From: Methanomassiliicoccales archaeon
Lineage (GTDB): Archaea; Thermoplasmatota; Thermoplasmata; Methanomassiliicoccales; JAAEEP01
DNA length: 64,000 bases
Assembly: GCA_035529155.1 (NCBI GenBank)
Contig: DATKXF010000077.1
Span: 9,131 to 73,130, forward strand
Direction of reading: 5' to 3'
The notes under the pieces were generated by a model. That model saw only the letters and a list, made by a program, of their open reading frames with translations, was not told where the DNA came from and searched no databases. Positions 1 through 9,447 of this stretch are shown piece by piece. The translations under genes were made by a program, and so were the position numbers. Numbering within the stretch: position 1 is the stretch's first letter; each line of letters opens with the position of its first letter.

Positions 1-42
1 GCCGCGGACCCTACCACTCTTGCCCTTCATTCATCTCCCCTA

Positions 43-1056
43 ATGAAAAGTGTCTTTCCATCCTATATATATAGCCGCATGTCCCCAATCTTTTTATTTC
101 CAGAGCTTGATTTGGGCCTGGGTGCACCTTTGACCTCCTTAAAGAGAGTTATCTCCGAGATACTTTTTTCCAGAGATTTTGAGGTCTGGGAGGAGGACGA
201 TGACATCTTCGGAACGAAGGGGGACGTCAATGTTGTGTTCTGCATTCTACCCGAGTACGACAGGGAGTTGGCGGGACGTTTTCTGAAGAGACATGAGGGG
301 TTCGAGGGCACCAAGATAATCGCCACCCTGGACAACACGCCCTCAAGGGAGGCAGAGGAAGGGGTCTTCCTCTGGGACAGGGAAGCGATCGAGCACGAGA
401 TCGGCCGGACCAGGGTGGAGAAGATACTAGGTGAGGAGGATCACGGCCTCCTTGACGAGATTTCCGCCGACGATTATCCTCAGATGGTCTCCCAAGAAGA
501 GCTCGAGATGATGGATGTCGCGGAGGTGGGGGAGAGGATCATTCGCCCGGTCATCGGTATTGACGATATCAAGGAGATCTCACGTCAGACCGTTGGAGGT
601 TTCAGACACAGGCTGGAGCTGGTCCCTCACTATGTCTTCGAGTACCGATGCAGGCTGGATGTCAATGGTGAGGAGATGGTCTCGAAGAGCGGCACGCTGG
701 CCGTGAACGCGCTGACCCGTAAGGTCGAGGTCTGGAAGGAGGACTTTGATACGGTGTACGCCATCGAATTGAACCACCGGCGCCTAGAGCCGATGATCGA
801 TATCGACGAAGCCCGGGCGGCTGTCCAGGAGGAGGTAATCCATCTCCATACCTACGAGAAGGAGCTCATCAAGGACGATGGAAAGGTCACGGTCATGGAG
901 AAGAAGGTGCTCTCTCCCAGTCCGGAGGACGTTGTTCTTGCTGGAAAGGGTTTATTCTACCTTCCCGTATGGTGCATCGAGGGTGTCCACGGGGTCATGA
1001 TCATCAATGCCGGGACAGGGAAGATAATCAGCGAGGATTACTACAGAGGCGTATGA
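43..1056 (+). CDS. hypothetical protein; N-terminal part resembles a restriction-endonuclease-like fold, C-terminal part is a duplicated beta-rich module
   Basis: 337-codon ORF with no better competing frame. The motif '...LVPHYVFEY...' / '...LFYLPVWCIEGVHGVMIINAGTGKI' occurs twice. Fold assignment is from memory only. Confidence 0.45.
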   Translation: MKSVFPSYIYSRMSPIFLFPELDLGLGAPLTSLKRVISEILFSRDFEVWEEDDDIFGTKGDVNVVFCILPEYDRELAGRFLKRHEGFEGTKIIATLDNTPSREAEEGVFLWDREAIEHEIGRTRVEKILGEEDHGLLDEISADDYPQMVSQEELEMMDVAEVGERIIRPVIGIDDIKEISRQTVGGFRHRLELVPHYVFEYRCRLDVNGEEMVSKSGTLAVNALTRKVEVWKEDFDTVYAIELNHRRLEPMIDIDEARAAVQEEVIHLHTYEKELIKDDGKVTVMEKKVLSPSPEDVVLAGKGLFYLPVWCIEGVHGVMIINAGTGKIISEDYYRGV

Positions 1057-1529
1057 TCCTTAGCATCCACCCGATCAACCAATTCTAGACGAGCCCTAAT
1101 GTCGAGCCAGTGAGAGCCCTTCCAGTATACCTTACCGCATCCCACACAACGATAGAACTCATCATTATTCTTAAGCGCACCTTCTGGGACTAGTTCCTTT
1201 GCTTCATGGAGGGGGATCGTCTCGAGCTCCCCATTGCACATTGTGCACCTGGTCAGGGATTCATCGAGGGTCAGCCCTAGCACCTTCGATACCTGCTTGA
1301 GCTGCCCAATGACCTCGTCATCCTCGATGAACAGCCCTGCGTCACCCGCCCTGAAGGTCAGCTCCTTGTCCCGGGTGAGGAGAAAGCGCCCCTCCTCTAA
1401 GGCGGTGTTCACGATCTCGGTATCGCTCTGATCCCTGTGATAGATGGTGTCGTACCCCATGATGCGCAGCCATCTGGCCAAGGATCCAAGCATCTCATCG
1501 ACTGAGAACTTGGGTCTATCAGTCATCAT
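1041..1529 (-). CDS. Mut7-C RNase domain (DUF82-type, PIN-like + zinc ribbon) protein
   Basis: N-terminal 'DEMLGSLARWLRIMGYDT' and C-terminal 'CTMCNGEL...YRCVGCGKVYWKGSHW' match the Mut7-C signature. Start moved to the internal Met (MMTDRPKF), which overlaps the upstream gene's stop by about 10 nt. Confidence 0.7.
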   Translation of the reverse strand: MMTDRPKFSVDEMLGSLARWLRIMGYDTIYHRDQSDTEIVNTALEEGRFLLTRDKELTFRAGDAGLFIEDDEVIGQLKQVSKVLGLTLDESLTRCTMCNGELETIPLHEAKELVPEGALKNNDEFYRCVGCGKVYWKGSHWLDIRARLELVDRVDAKDHTPL

Positions 1530-2154
1530 TGCAGACCTCATATTCGAGTAAGACCCCGTCCCCCAGCCACTCACACCCAACGAGTTTCAGATTCAATATT
1601 TCTTGATCGTCGAACCCCTCTCCATCCACCGGGGTGGGCGCGGTTCTCCCTCCTATGATCTTGCTGCCCACGAACACGGAGTAATGATCCACGAAGCCTT
1701 CCTTGAAGAATGACCAGAGTACCTCTCCCCCACCCTCGACCAGCATGGTCCTCACGCCCATCTCATGCAACCTTGTGAGCAAGAGGTCAAGATCTACCCG
1801 GTCCTTCCCTATGCGCAGGACCTCCGCGTTTCTCCAGACCTTGTCGCAACCCTCGACGGTGGCAATTATGGTTCTTGCCCGTGCATTCAGTACCCGGGCG
1901 TCGTCGGGTGTCCGTCCCCTGGAGTCAAGAACGACCCGGATGGGGTTCTCCTCAATGGGTGCACCCTTCACTGTCAGATGCGGGTCGTCAGAGAGAACGG
2001 TGCCTATCCCGACCAGGATGGCATCGACCCCAATCTTGAGTTCCTTCACCCGGGCAAGATCCTCGGGCGAGGAGATGGTGACCTGCTTCCTTCTCCTTCC
2101 TGCCAGTTTCCCGTCGGCTGTCATTGCACAGTTGACCGTGACGTGGGGTCTCAT
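1519..2154 (-). CDS. 2,5-diamino-6-ribosylamino-pyrimidinone 5'-phosphate reductase (RibD C-terminal domain family, riboflavin pathway)
   Basis: 'RPHVTVNCAMTADGKLA...ILVGIGTVLSDDPHLTV...MLVEGGGEVLWSF' is typical of archaeal RibD_C reductases. Start placed at the internal Met (MRPHVTV). Confidence 0.75.
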   Translation of the reverse strand: MRPHVTVNCAMTADGKLAGRRRKQVTISSPEDLARVKELKIGVDAILVGIGTVLSDDPHLTVKGAPIEENPIRVVLDSRGRTPDDARVLNARARTIIATVEGCDKVWRNAEVLRIGKDRVDLDLLLTRLHEMGVRTMLVEGGGEVLWSFFKEGFVDHYSVFVGSKIIGGRTAPTPVDGEGFDDQEILNLKLVGCEWLGDGVLLEYEVCNDD

Positions 2155-2238
2155 CGCCAGAAAGATGCGGACGAGGTGAGATAAACGTTTGGAAGGATAT
2201 ACCAATGGTTAAGTAATCTAGATTGAGATTAGGCTGCG

Positions 2239-3006
2239 ATGCAAGGCATTGATATCATCCCAATCAAGCAGATGGACGTCAGGGGAGCATATGTCATCGA
2301 TGGCTTTCCAAGCGTCGGGCTCGTGGGGTCGATCGCCGCGAATTATTTGGTGAGCTTCCTTGACCTGGAACTCATCGGCGTCCTAGATTCCATGACCTTT
2401 CCCGCTATGTCCCTGATCCGCGATGGCATTCCCTACAGTCCAGTGCGCATTTACGGAGGAAAAATGGGAGAAGGAGGAGAGGACAAGATAGTGGTCTTCG
2501 TCTCTGAGTTCCAGCCCCCACCCGAGATCATAAAGCCGCTTGCTACCACCCTCATGGATTGGGTCGAGCTGAACAAGTGCAAAATGGTGATATCCCCTGA
2601 GGGAATGATCATACCCCCGGGCAAGAGCGAGGATCCAGATTCAATCTTCGATAATATCTTCGGAGTTGGCTCGACTCCACAGATGACCGATCTGCTCAAG
2701 GAGAACAACATCCCCCTTTTCGAGACGGGCATCATAATGGGTCTGGCAGGAGTGCTCCTGAATGAGGGTGTCAACAGGGACATCGGTGTGGTGACCATCT
2801 TGTCATGGTCTCATGTGGAGTACCCTGACGCCAGGGCCGCGGCCGCCTGCATATCGGCAATCGACAAGATGCTGCTCCAGGTCGAGCTGGACATAAAACC
2901 GCTGATAACCGAGGCGGAGGTCATCGAGAATCACCTGAAGCAACTCTACAAGACTGCCGGGAAGGAACAGGAGATCCCCAAGAGCAAGTCCATCATGTAT
3001 AGCTAG
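2239..3006 (+). CDS. PAC2-family proteasome assembly chaperone-like protein
   Basis: 'AYVIDGFPSVGLVGSIAANYLV' N-terminal motif and about 255 aa length fit archaeal PAC2 (PF09754-like) proteins. Recognised from memory. Confidence 0.55.
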   Translation: MQGIDIIPIKQMDVRGAYVIDGFPSVGLVGSIAANYLVSFLDLELIGVLDSMTFPAMSLIRDGIPYSPVRIYGGKMGEGGEDKIVVFVSEFQPPPEIIKPLATTLMDWVELNKCKMVISPEGMIIPPGKSEDPDSIFDNIFGVGSTPQMTDLLKENNIPLFETGIIMGLAGVLLNEGVNRDIGVVTILSWSHVEYPDARAAAACISAIDKMLLQVELDIKPLITEAEVIENHLKQLYKTAGKEQEIPKSKSIMYS

Positions 3007-4021
3007 GCTCAACGATCACCTCGAAGTCCTCATTTCTCTTTCGGATGCGGACTTCGATATCAATGAATTCTGGAAGGAGGGCAGCCACGCTACGAAGATG
3101 CTGGCTTGCTTCTCTGATCCGGAACCTTGAAGGTCCCTCTGCCAAGGCCATGTATGGAAGAAGCTGATCGGCCGCGTGGACATCCAAGGTTCCGGCCCCC
3201 TCCATCTCGAGAGTGAGGCCCCGTGAAGCCTGCTCCCCAACCTTCTCTGAGGACAATCCTTTCTCTCCCAGGCAATCTGCTCCCAGGATGGTTTTTTCGT
3301 ACCTTGCAAAGAGGCATATCCCGGTCCCAGTGGAGGGGCCTTCTCTCAGGTCATAGGAGATCTTTAGATCCTTGTCCAACATCAATTTCTTGGCCGTATG
3401 AGACATCCTCTTGCAGATGTGGTCCGGAAGGTTCTGTGAGAAGCAAACACCTTCCACCGTGATCAGCTCTCCCCTCACATCGAGATCAAGAGGCGCAAGC
3501 CTTTCTGGAGCAGTAACCTGGACGGTGACCGATCCCCCACCCTGGGGGTAGAACCCCCTTCTGAGGATATCGATGCTCATCCTCACTCCCATCCTCTCCA
3601 GCATGGGTAAGAGAAGTCTCTCGAGATAATCCACAGGAGGGGACCATTTGACGTTCGTTCCCCCGTTGATCGTTAGACGCGATTCATGGCCCGAGCCTAT
3701 CACGGGGAGGAGACAGGCCTGCATGACCAGGGTGATGCTCCCGGCAGTTCCCACATCAAGTCTAAGATCACCGGACCGGATCTTACCCGGTTTGAACACG
3801 ATCTCCGCGGAACCTATCTTGTCCCCAGATAGTTCCGCATTGCAGAGGTGGGCCACCCCCCTTATTCCAGCGATATGCTGTGCTGCCAGGCCAGGTTTGG
3901 GTCTTCCCGCCCTGATATTGGAAACCCTGCATTCCTTTCCTGTGAGGGCCGAGAGCGCGACGGCCATCCTGAGAATCTGACCACCCCCCTCGCCCGTAGA
4001 GCCATCGACATCGATCATCAT
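2993..4021 (-). CDS. rtcA: RNA 3'-terminal phosphate cyclase
   Basis: 'DGSTGEGGGQILRMAVALSALTGK...IRAGRPKPGL...GTAGSITLVMQACLLP' are hallmark RtcA motifs. Length is 342 aa. Confidence 0.85.
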   Translation of the reverse strand: MMIDVDGSTGEGGGQILRMAVALSALTGKECRVSNIRAGRPKPGLAAQHIAGIRGVAHLCNAELSGDKIGSAEIVFKPGKIRSGDLRLDVGTAGSITLVMQACLLPVIGSGHESRLTINGGTNVKWSPPVDYLERLLLPMLERMGVRMSIDILRRGFYPQGGGSVTVQVTAPERLAPLDLDVRGELITVEGVCFSQNLPDHICKRMSHTAKKLMLDKDLKISYDLREGPSTGTGICLFARYEKTILGADCLGEKGLSSEKVGEQASRGLTLEMEGAGTLDVHAADQLLPYMALAEGPSRFRIREASQHLRSVAALLPEFIDIEVRIRKRNEDFEVIVEPSYT

Positions 4022-4044
4022 TCCACCTTAGAGCAGGAACGCTC

Positions 4045-6813
4045 TCATGACGGTTCCGCCCTCGCCGCCCTCCTCTTTGCCATCTTCCATATTTCGTTGA
4101 TGATGAAGGCGCTGAGGGCGATCGGTATCGTAATCAACCACTCTGTCAACCCTATTGGTTCCGTCCTGAACACCTCGTTCAGGAATGGTAGGTAGACCAC
4201 CATAAGCTGCAGTGCGACGGATGCAATCACCGCATAGACCAGCTTAATGTTCGAACTGATCCCCAGATCGAAGAGTGTCCTCCTTTCGGAACGGGCGGAG
4301 AACACGTAGAACAGCTGGAACAGCACGAGGGTGCAGAAGGCCACCGTACGTGCTTTGGCGATGTTTCCCGTATCGCTGTATTCTATCCAGAATGCGGCGA
4401 GGGTGCCGATGGCCATTATCAATCCCATGATCACTATACGGTAGGCCATTGCCCTGGTTACAGGAGGCTCGTCGGGGTTTCTGGGAGATCTTTCCATGAC
4501 GTCTGGATCGGTGGGCTCGACCCCTAGGGCAAGGGCCGGAAGACCGTCGGTCACCAGGTTGATCCACAAGATCTGGATGGGAAGCAGGAACGGAAGCATC
4601 TCAGGGTCAACGAAGATCAGTGTGGCTATGAACATGGTCGCCACCTCGCCCGCGTTGCAGGAGAGAAGGAAGGACACGAACTTCTTGATGTTGTCGTAGA
4701 TGCCCCTCCCCTCCTCGGTGGCGCTGACGATAGAGGCGAAGTTGTCATCCACGAGTACCATCTCCGACGCCTCCTTGGACACGTCGGTTCCAGTGATCCC
4801 CATGGCGATCCCAATGTCCGCCTTCTTGAGCGCCGGTGCATCGTTCACGCCGTCACCGGTCATGGCGACGATCTCCCCGTTGTGCTTGAGAGCGTCGACG
4901 ATCTTCACCTTGTGCTCCGGCGCTACACGGGCGTACACGTTGACTTCTTTCACCCTTTCTGATAGTTCCTCCAAGCTGATCTCTTCCAGCTCTCTGCCGG
5001 TCATCACCGGAGCATCTTTCCTGGGATCGATGCCCATCTCCATGGCGATCGCTTTTGCCGTGAGGGCATGATCTCCAGTAATCATCTTGACCTGGATGCC
5101 AGCCTTTTTGCTGATTCTGATGGCTTCGATGGCCTCGGTACGGGGCGAATCGATCATTCCCACCAGGCCCAGGAACACGAGCTCCTTCTCCAGCGAATCC
5201 TCGGAAAGATCGTCATCATCAACTTCTCTCATGGCCAGGGCTAGTACTCTGAGGGCTCTGGACGCCATCTCAGAATCCTTGTTCTTGATGGCCGTACGCC
5301 CGGCCTCATTCAATGGAAAGACCTGCCCGTCCATGCAGATGCGGTTGCACAGCGATAGAACGCTCTCGGCGGCTCCCTTGCAGAATGCGTATTTTTTCTC
5401 ACCGAACCGGTTGATGGTGATCATTCTCTTCTTCGTCGAATCGAAAGGTATCTCGAATATTCTAGGATGGTCGTCTATGAACTGGTCTTCATCGATTCCA
5501 GCCTTTCTGGCGGTGACTATCAGCGTTCCCTCGGTGGTATCGCCGCCGATTCGCCATTTTCCATTGTCATCTATGAGTGTCGCGTCGTTGCAGAGGATGC
5601 CCGCGTTCAGCAGCCATTTGAGCCTGCCGTTGTCCAGCGGATTGATTCTCTTTTTATCAATGGTGAACTCACCTACCGGCTCGAACCCTTCTCCGCTGAC
5701 CAAGATGGTCTCTCCGACGAATATCTCCCTAATATTCATCTCGCCCTTTGTCAGGGTGCCAGTCTTGTCGGTGCATATCACAGTGGTGCTTCCCAGAGAC
5801 TCGACTGCTGGGAGTCTCCGTATGACGGCATTCTTCTTGACCATCCTCTGAAGCCCGAGCGCAAGTGAGATGGTTACCACTGCGGGTAAGCCCTCTGGAA
5901 TGGCCGCTACAGCGAGGCTGACCGATGTCAGGAACATGCTGACGATGTCAACCTTTTGGATAAGTCCCACGATGAAGATGAACACTGAGATCAGAAGGAC
6001 GGCGATCCCGAGCTGCTTTCCCAGAACCTTCAGCTTCTTCTGCAGTGGGGTCTGCTCCGAATCGGCCTGGATCAGTCCTGCGATCTTTCCCAAGGCCGTA
6101 TTCATGCCCGTGTTGGTGACCACTGCTCGCCCCCTACCATACTCGATGATGCAGCCAGAGAACACCATGTTGGTCTTCTCGCCTAGGTACACATCCTTCT
6201 CCAGTACCGCTTCTGCGTTCTTGCGTATGGCAATCGATTCACCTGTGAGCGAAGCTTCGTTCACCTTCAGGTTGACTGACTCAAGGAGCCTGGCGTCAGA
6301 GGAGATCTTGTCACCGGTGGCCAGCATGATTATGTCTCCGGGAACCAGATCCCTCGAGGGTATCTCAATTTCGATGCCGTTCCTTATCACCTTGGCCCTT
6401 GGAGCCGCAAGCTCCTTCAGAGCCTGCATGGTCTTTTCAGCCTTGTATTCCTGAACGAAACCTAGTATGGCATTCAGGAAGACGATGATCATGATCACCG
6501 TTGCGTCGAACCACTCTTCCAACGTCCCCTGCACGATGGCTATGCCCGCTGAGATCAATGCGGCGATGATAAGAATGATGACCAACACTTCTTTGAACTG
6601 CTGGAGGAATAGCTTTAGGGGGGATGTTCCCTTAGTCTCCACTAACTCATTGGGACCGTATTCATCCAGCCGTTGTCTGGCCGTTTCATCCGAGAGTCCT
6701 TTCCCAGATGTCCCCAATAGCTTGAGGGTTTCCTCCTTGGAAGACGAGTGCCATTCCTTGTCCATTGATGAGTAGACATAGCTGAGTCGTTGAAAAATCT
6801 TTTCCAAGTTCAT
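4045..6813 (-). CDS. P-type cation-transporting ATPase (type II, Ca2+/cation pump-like)
   Basis: Phosphorylation motif 'ICTDKTGTLT', 'PEGLP', 'MITGDH' and hinge 'TGDGVNDAPALKKADIGIAMG', plus 10 predicted TM segments. Start placed at the internal Met (MNLEKIF). Confidence 0.9.
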   Translation of the reverse strand: MNLEKIFQRLSYVYSSMDKEWHSSSKEETLKLLGTSGKGLSDETARQRLDEYGPNELVETKGTSPLKLFLQQFKEVLVIILIIAALISAGIAIVQGTLEEWFDATVIMIIVFLNAILGFVQEYKAEKTMQALKELAAPRAKVIRNGIEIEIPSRDLVPGDIIMLATGDKISSDARLLESVNLKVNEASLTGESIAIRKNAEAVLEKDVYLGEKTNMVFSGCIIEYGRGRAVVTNTGMNTALGKIAGLIQADSEQTPLQKKLKVLGKQLGIAVLLISVFIFIVGLIQKVDIVSMFLTSVSLAVAAIPEGLPAVVTISLALGLQRMVKKNAVIRRLPAVESLGSTTVICTDKTGTLTKGEMNIREIFVGETILVSGEGFEPVGEFTIDKKRINPLDNGRLKWLLNAGILCNDATLIDDNGKWRIGGDTTEGTLIVTARKAGIDEDQFIDDHPRIFEIPFDSTKKRMITINRFGEKKYAFCKGAAESVLSLCNRICMDGQVFPLNEAGRTAIKNKDSEMASRALRVLALAMREVDDDDLSEDSLEKELVFLGLVGMIDSPRTEAIEAIRISKKAGIQVKMITGDHALTAKAIAMEMGIDPRKDAPVMTGRELEEISLEELSERVKEVNVYARVAPEHKVKIVDALKHNGEIVAMTGDGVNDAPALKKADIGIAMGITGTDVSKEASEMVLVDDNFASIVSATEEGRGIYDNIKKFVSFLLSCNAGEVATMFIATLIFVDPEMLPFLLPIQILWINLVTDGLPALALGVEPTDPDVMERSPRNPDEPPVTRAMAYRIVIMGLIMAIGTLAAFWIEYSDTGNIAKARTVAFCTLVLFQLFYVFSARSERRTLFDLGISSNIKLVYAVIASVALQLMVVYLPFLNEVFRTEPIGLTEWLITIPIALSAFIINEIWKMAKRRAARAEPS

Positions 6814-7139
6814 CACTAATCCCTGTCTTGTCTCAGACCAAATGCACGTTCTCCATGGTGATTTCGATATCTTTCCCCCTAGCTTTCCCCAGTTGTGCAA
6901 TTCTCGAGAAAAGCTTTTTGTATAGTCTGGAAATCACAACGTCTGCGGGATGCACCAGGCCACCATGCTTGCGGATGGGATGTGATAAAGCTCTCGACAG
7001 GCTGGGCCATCGACAGTCCTTATGAAGACTACCCGGGTGAATTCATCCAAACAATAGGGGCATAGATGACTGCAGCTCAACCCCGAGTCCTAAGAGCTCG
7101 GCTTCCCACAACATCCCCGTCCAGTGACGAGAGGAGAAC

Positions 7140-8903
7140 ATGCTTACCGGCGACAATGTGATGTTCCAAGTAGGAGTGATAATGCTCATTGCCTTCATCG
7201 GGGCAGGTCTAGCCCGGCGAAGCAGGCAGAGCGTGATCCTCGGGTACATTCTGGCCGGGATCCTCATTGGGCCCAACATGCATTTCGAGTTGGGCGGGAT
7301 CGTCTACGACGGCTTGCTTGAGGACACGAGTTTCATCGAGGCAATGTCCGAGCTTGGTCTGATCCTGCTGCTGTTCTTTGTTGGCCTTGAGTTCTCATTC
7401 AGCAAGCTCAAGAAGACCAAAGCTCCGGCCACGATTCTCGCTGTCATCAACCTGGGCATCAACATGTTCGCAGGGATCATACTGGGTACGCTTTTGGGAT
7501 GGCCAATTATCGATACCATCTTTCTCGCCGGCATCATCGCAATGAGCAGCTGCGCCATAACCGCCAAGTCTCTGATAGAGCTCGAGCGCCTTGCCAACCC
7601 CGAGACCGAGTTCCTCTTAGGAATGGTCATCGTCGAGAATTTCCTGGCCATGGTGCTTCTCACGATCGTAGGTGGTCTGGTGATCAAGTCCGGCGCAACG
7701 CCTCTTTCACTTTCCACTCTAGCCTTGGGAATCCTGGTATTCTATGTCTTCTTCATCATACTGGCAATATGGATAATACCCCGTACTGTTAAGCAGCTCA
7801 AGAAGATTAAAAGCGATGAGATGTTCGTCCTCTTCGCCCTCGGCATCGTGTTCCTCTCCGCCGCGCTGGCCGAGATCTCAAATGTTCCAGCGATCATTGG
7901 GGCGTTCTTCATAGGCATGGTCTTCGCCGAGACTCAGATATCGGAGCGCTTCGAGCAGAAGATATCACCATTCAGGGATGCCTTCGTGGCGGTATTCTTC
8001 GTCTCGTTTGGGATGCTCATAGATCCCGCCATGTTCTCCAGCGTGATATGGATAGTCGTCATAGCAGTACCGCTTGTCATAATCAACGATGTCTTCATAA
8101 CCGCAGCGCTTGCCTACTTCCTTGGTTTCTCGGCAAAGGGAGCGGTTTCAATGGGGACCTCTCTCTGCGGAAGGGGTGCAGAATCAGTCATGTACGCGAG
8201 CGTGGGAAGCAGGGCAGTGGGCACCACGAAGGGAGCAGAGTTTTTCCCCTTTGCTGGAGCCTTTTGCTTTGTCATGAGTGTCATCACTCCCCTTCTCATG
8301 AGAAACAGTGTGACTATCACCGAGGGTCTTGCCAGGAGATTGCCCAACTATATGAAGTACAGCGGGGCGGTCATCGCCCGCACCCTCAGTAAGTTGGTGA
8401 TGCCAGCCAATCTCCGTCTTTATCAGAGGCCAAGACATCTAGGATTCGCCCTGATACTCTACTTCCTTGTGCTGACTGTGCTCATAGCGACCACTGGCAC
8501 CCTTCATTTAGTGGTCTTTGGCTTGGGTCTTGGCCTCACACTGTTGATCTGGGGTGTAATCGATAGGGAGCTGTTTCCCGTGGTCCAGCACACCAATTAC
8601 ACCAATCTGGGCGTGGGTCCAGGGTCCAGGGCAAAGGTCGCCCACTTCGTCTCAACATTCGTCTTCATCAGCCTCCTAACCATCATTTGCATGGCCTTAC
8701 TCTTCATCTACAATCCCTTCCTTGCCTCGATAGTGGTCCTTCTGTATCTGGGGGGAGTGATCCGATTGATGAAACAGCATTATCTTTGGACCAGTAGACC
8801 CATCCAATCTCCGGGAAAGGTGGTTCCAGAACCTCAATTTCCCTGGGAAAAACCGGTCGCTCCTTCCAGAATCAGGAGAAAGGATCGTGGAAAGTGGATG
8901 TGA
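7140..8903 (+). CDS. cation:proton antiporter (CPA2/Kef-type Na+/H+ exchanger family) with extra C-terminal TM segments
   Basis: Polytopic membrane protein. N-terminus 'ILGYILAGILIGP' and 'LLFFVGLEFS' are typical of the Na_H_Exchanger family. An AGGAG-like SD lies 6 nt upstream of the ATG. Confidence 0.75.
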   Translation: MLTGDNVMFQVGVIMLIAFIGAGLARRSRQSVILGYILAGILIGPNMHFELGGIVYDGLLEDTSFIEAMSELGLILLLFFVGLEFSFSKLKKTKAPATILAVINLGINMFAGIILGTLLGWPIIDTIFLAGIIAMSSCAITAKSLIELERLANPETEFLLGMVIVENFLAMVLLTIVGGLVIKSGATPLSLSTLALGILVFYVFFIILAIWIIPRTVKQLKKIKSDEMFVLFALGIVFLSAALAEISNVPAIIGAFFIGMVFAETQISERFEQKISPFRDAFVAVFFVSFGMLIDPAMFSSVIWIVVIAVPLVIINDVFITAALAYFLGFSAKGAVSMGTSLCGRGAESVMYASVGSRAVGTTKGAEFFPFAGAFCFVMSVITPLLMRNSVTITEGLARRLPNYMKYSGAVIARTLSKLVMPANLRLYQRPRHLGFALILYFLVLTVLIATTGTLHLVVFGLGLGLTLLIWGVIDRELFPVVQHTNYTNLGVGPGSRAKVAHFVSTFVFISLLTIICMALLFIYNPFLASIVVLLYLGGVIRLMKQHYLWTSRPIQSPGKVVPEPQFPWEKPVAPSRIRRKDRGKWM

Positions 8904-9447
8904 GATGCTCGCGAACACTTTCTTCACTTTTTAGAAAACATGTATTAAAGGATGATAGATTGACATGTCCTGTGTTTGACCTATTTAGGTAATAATTTTA
9001 AAACCCAATTCTCGCTGCATATTCGTAAGATAAAAAGGTCAGGAAACAACCTACATAATATTGTATTAACACAGTTCAATATGATTTTCTTATTGTTGTT
9101 CAAATAGAACGATTGTTACATATAATCGATTATTAATAATCTTAACAAATTATATAACGTCCTAATAATTAATATTTGTTAATTTTATGAACTAATCAAA
9201 TATGTATTAACATCGTATAATTTAAGGCCGTTGACCATTTGTTGACTAAAGGATAGCGCCTTAGTGCCCCTGTTTCCACTTCAGAATATAAGCAAGAAAT
9301 TTCAATCAAATGTAACGAACATAACACAATTACATAAAGAACGAAAATAATCACAACATATTAACGGTGTTAATACTATGCAATGCAACGTTGTTGCGGA
9401 AACAATCGTTATATACGCGATAGGCTCTTCAACACATAGGGATTCAA
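8904..9447. other. about 540-bp strongly AT-rich intergenic island with repeated GTATTAAC motifs, an inverted repeat and an ORB-like element
   Basis: Composition contrasts sharply with the flanking sequence. TGTATTAAC occurs at 9062-9070 and 9203-9211, with variants at 8941 and 9357. Perfect inverted repeat TATTAAC-ggt-GTTAATA at 9359-9375. CCCCTGTTTCCACTTCAGAA at 9267-9286. Confidence 0.6.
9409..9416 (+). promoter_or_regulatory. TATA-box-like element (TTATATAC) upstream of the methyltransferase gene
   Basis: AT-rich octamer ending 32 nt upstream of the ATG at 9448. This spacing fits an archaeal promoter with a very short leader. Confidence 0.35.
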
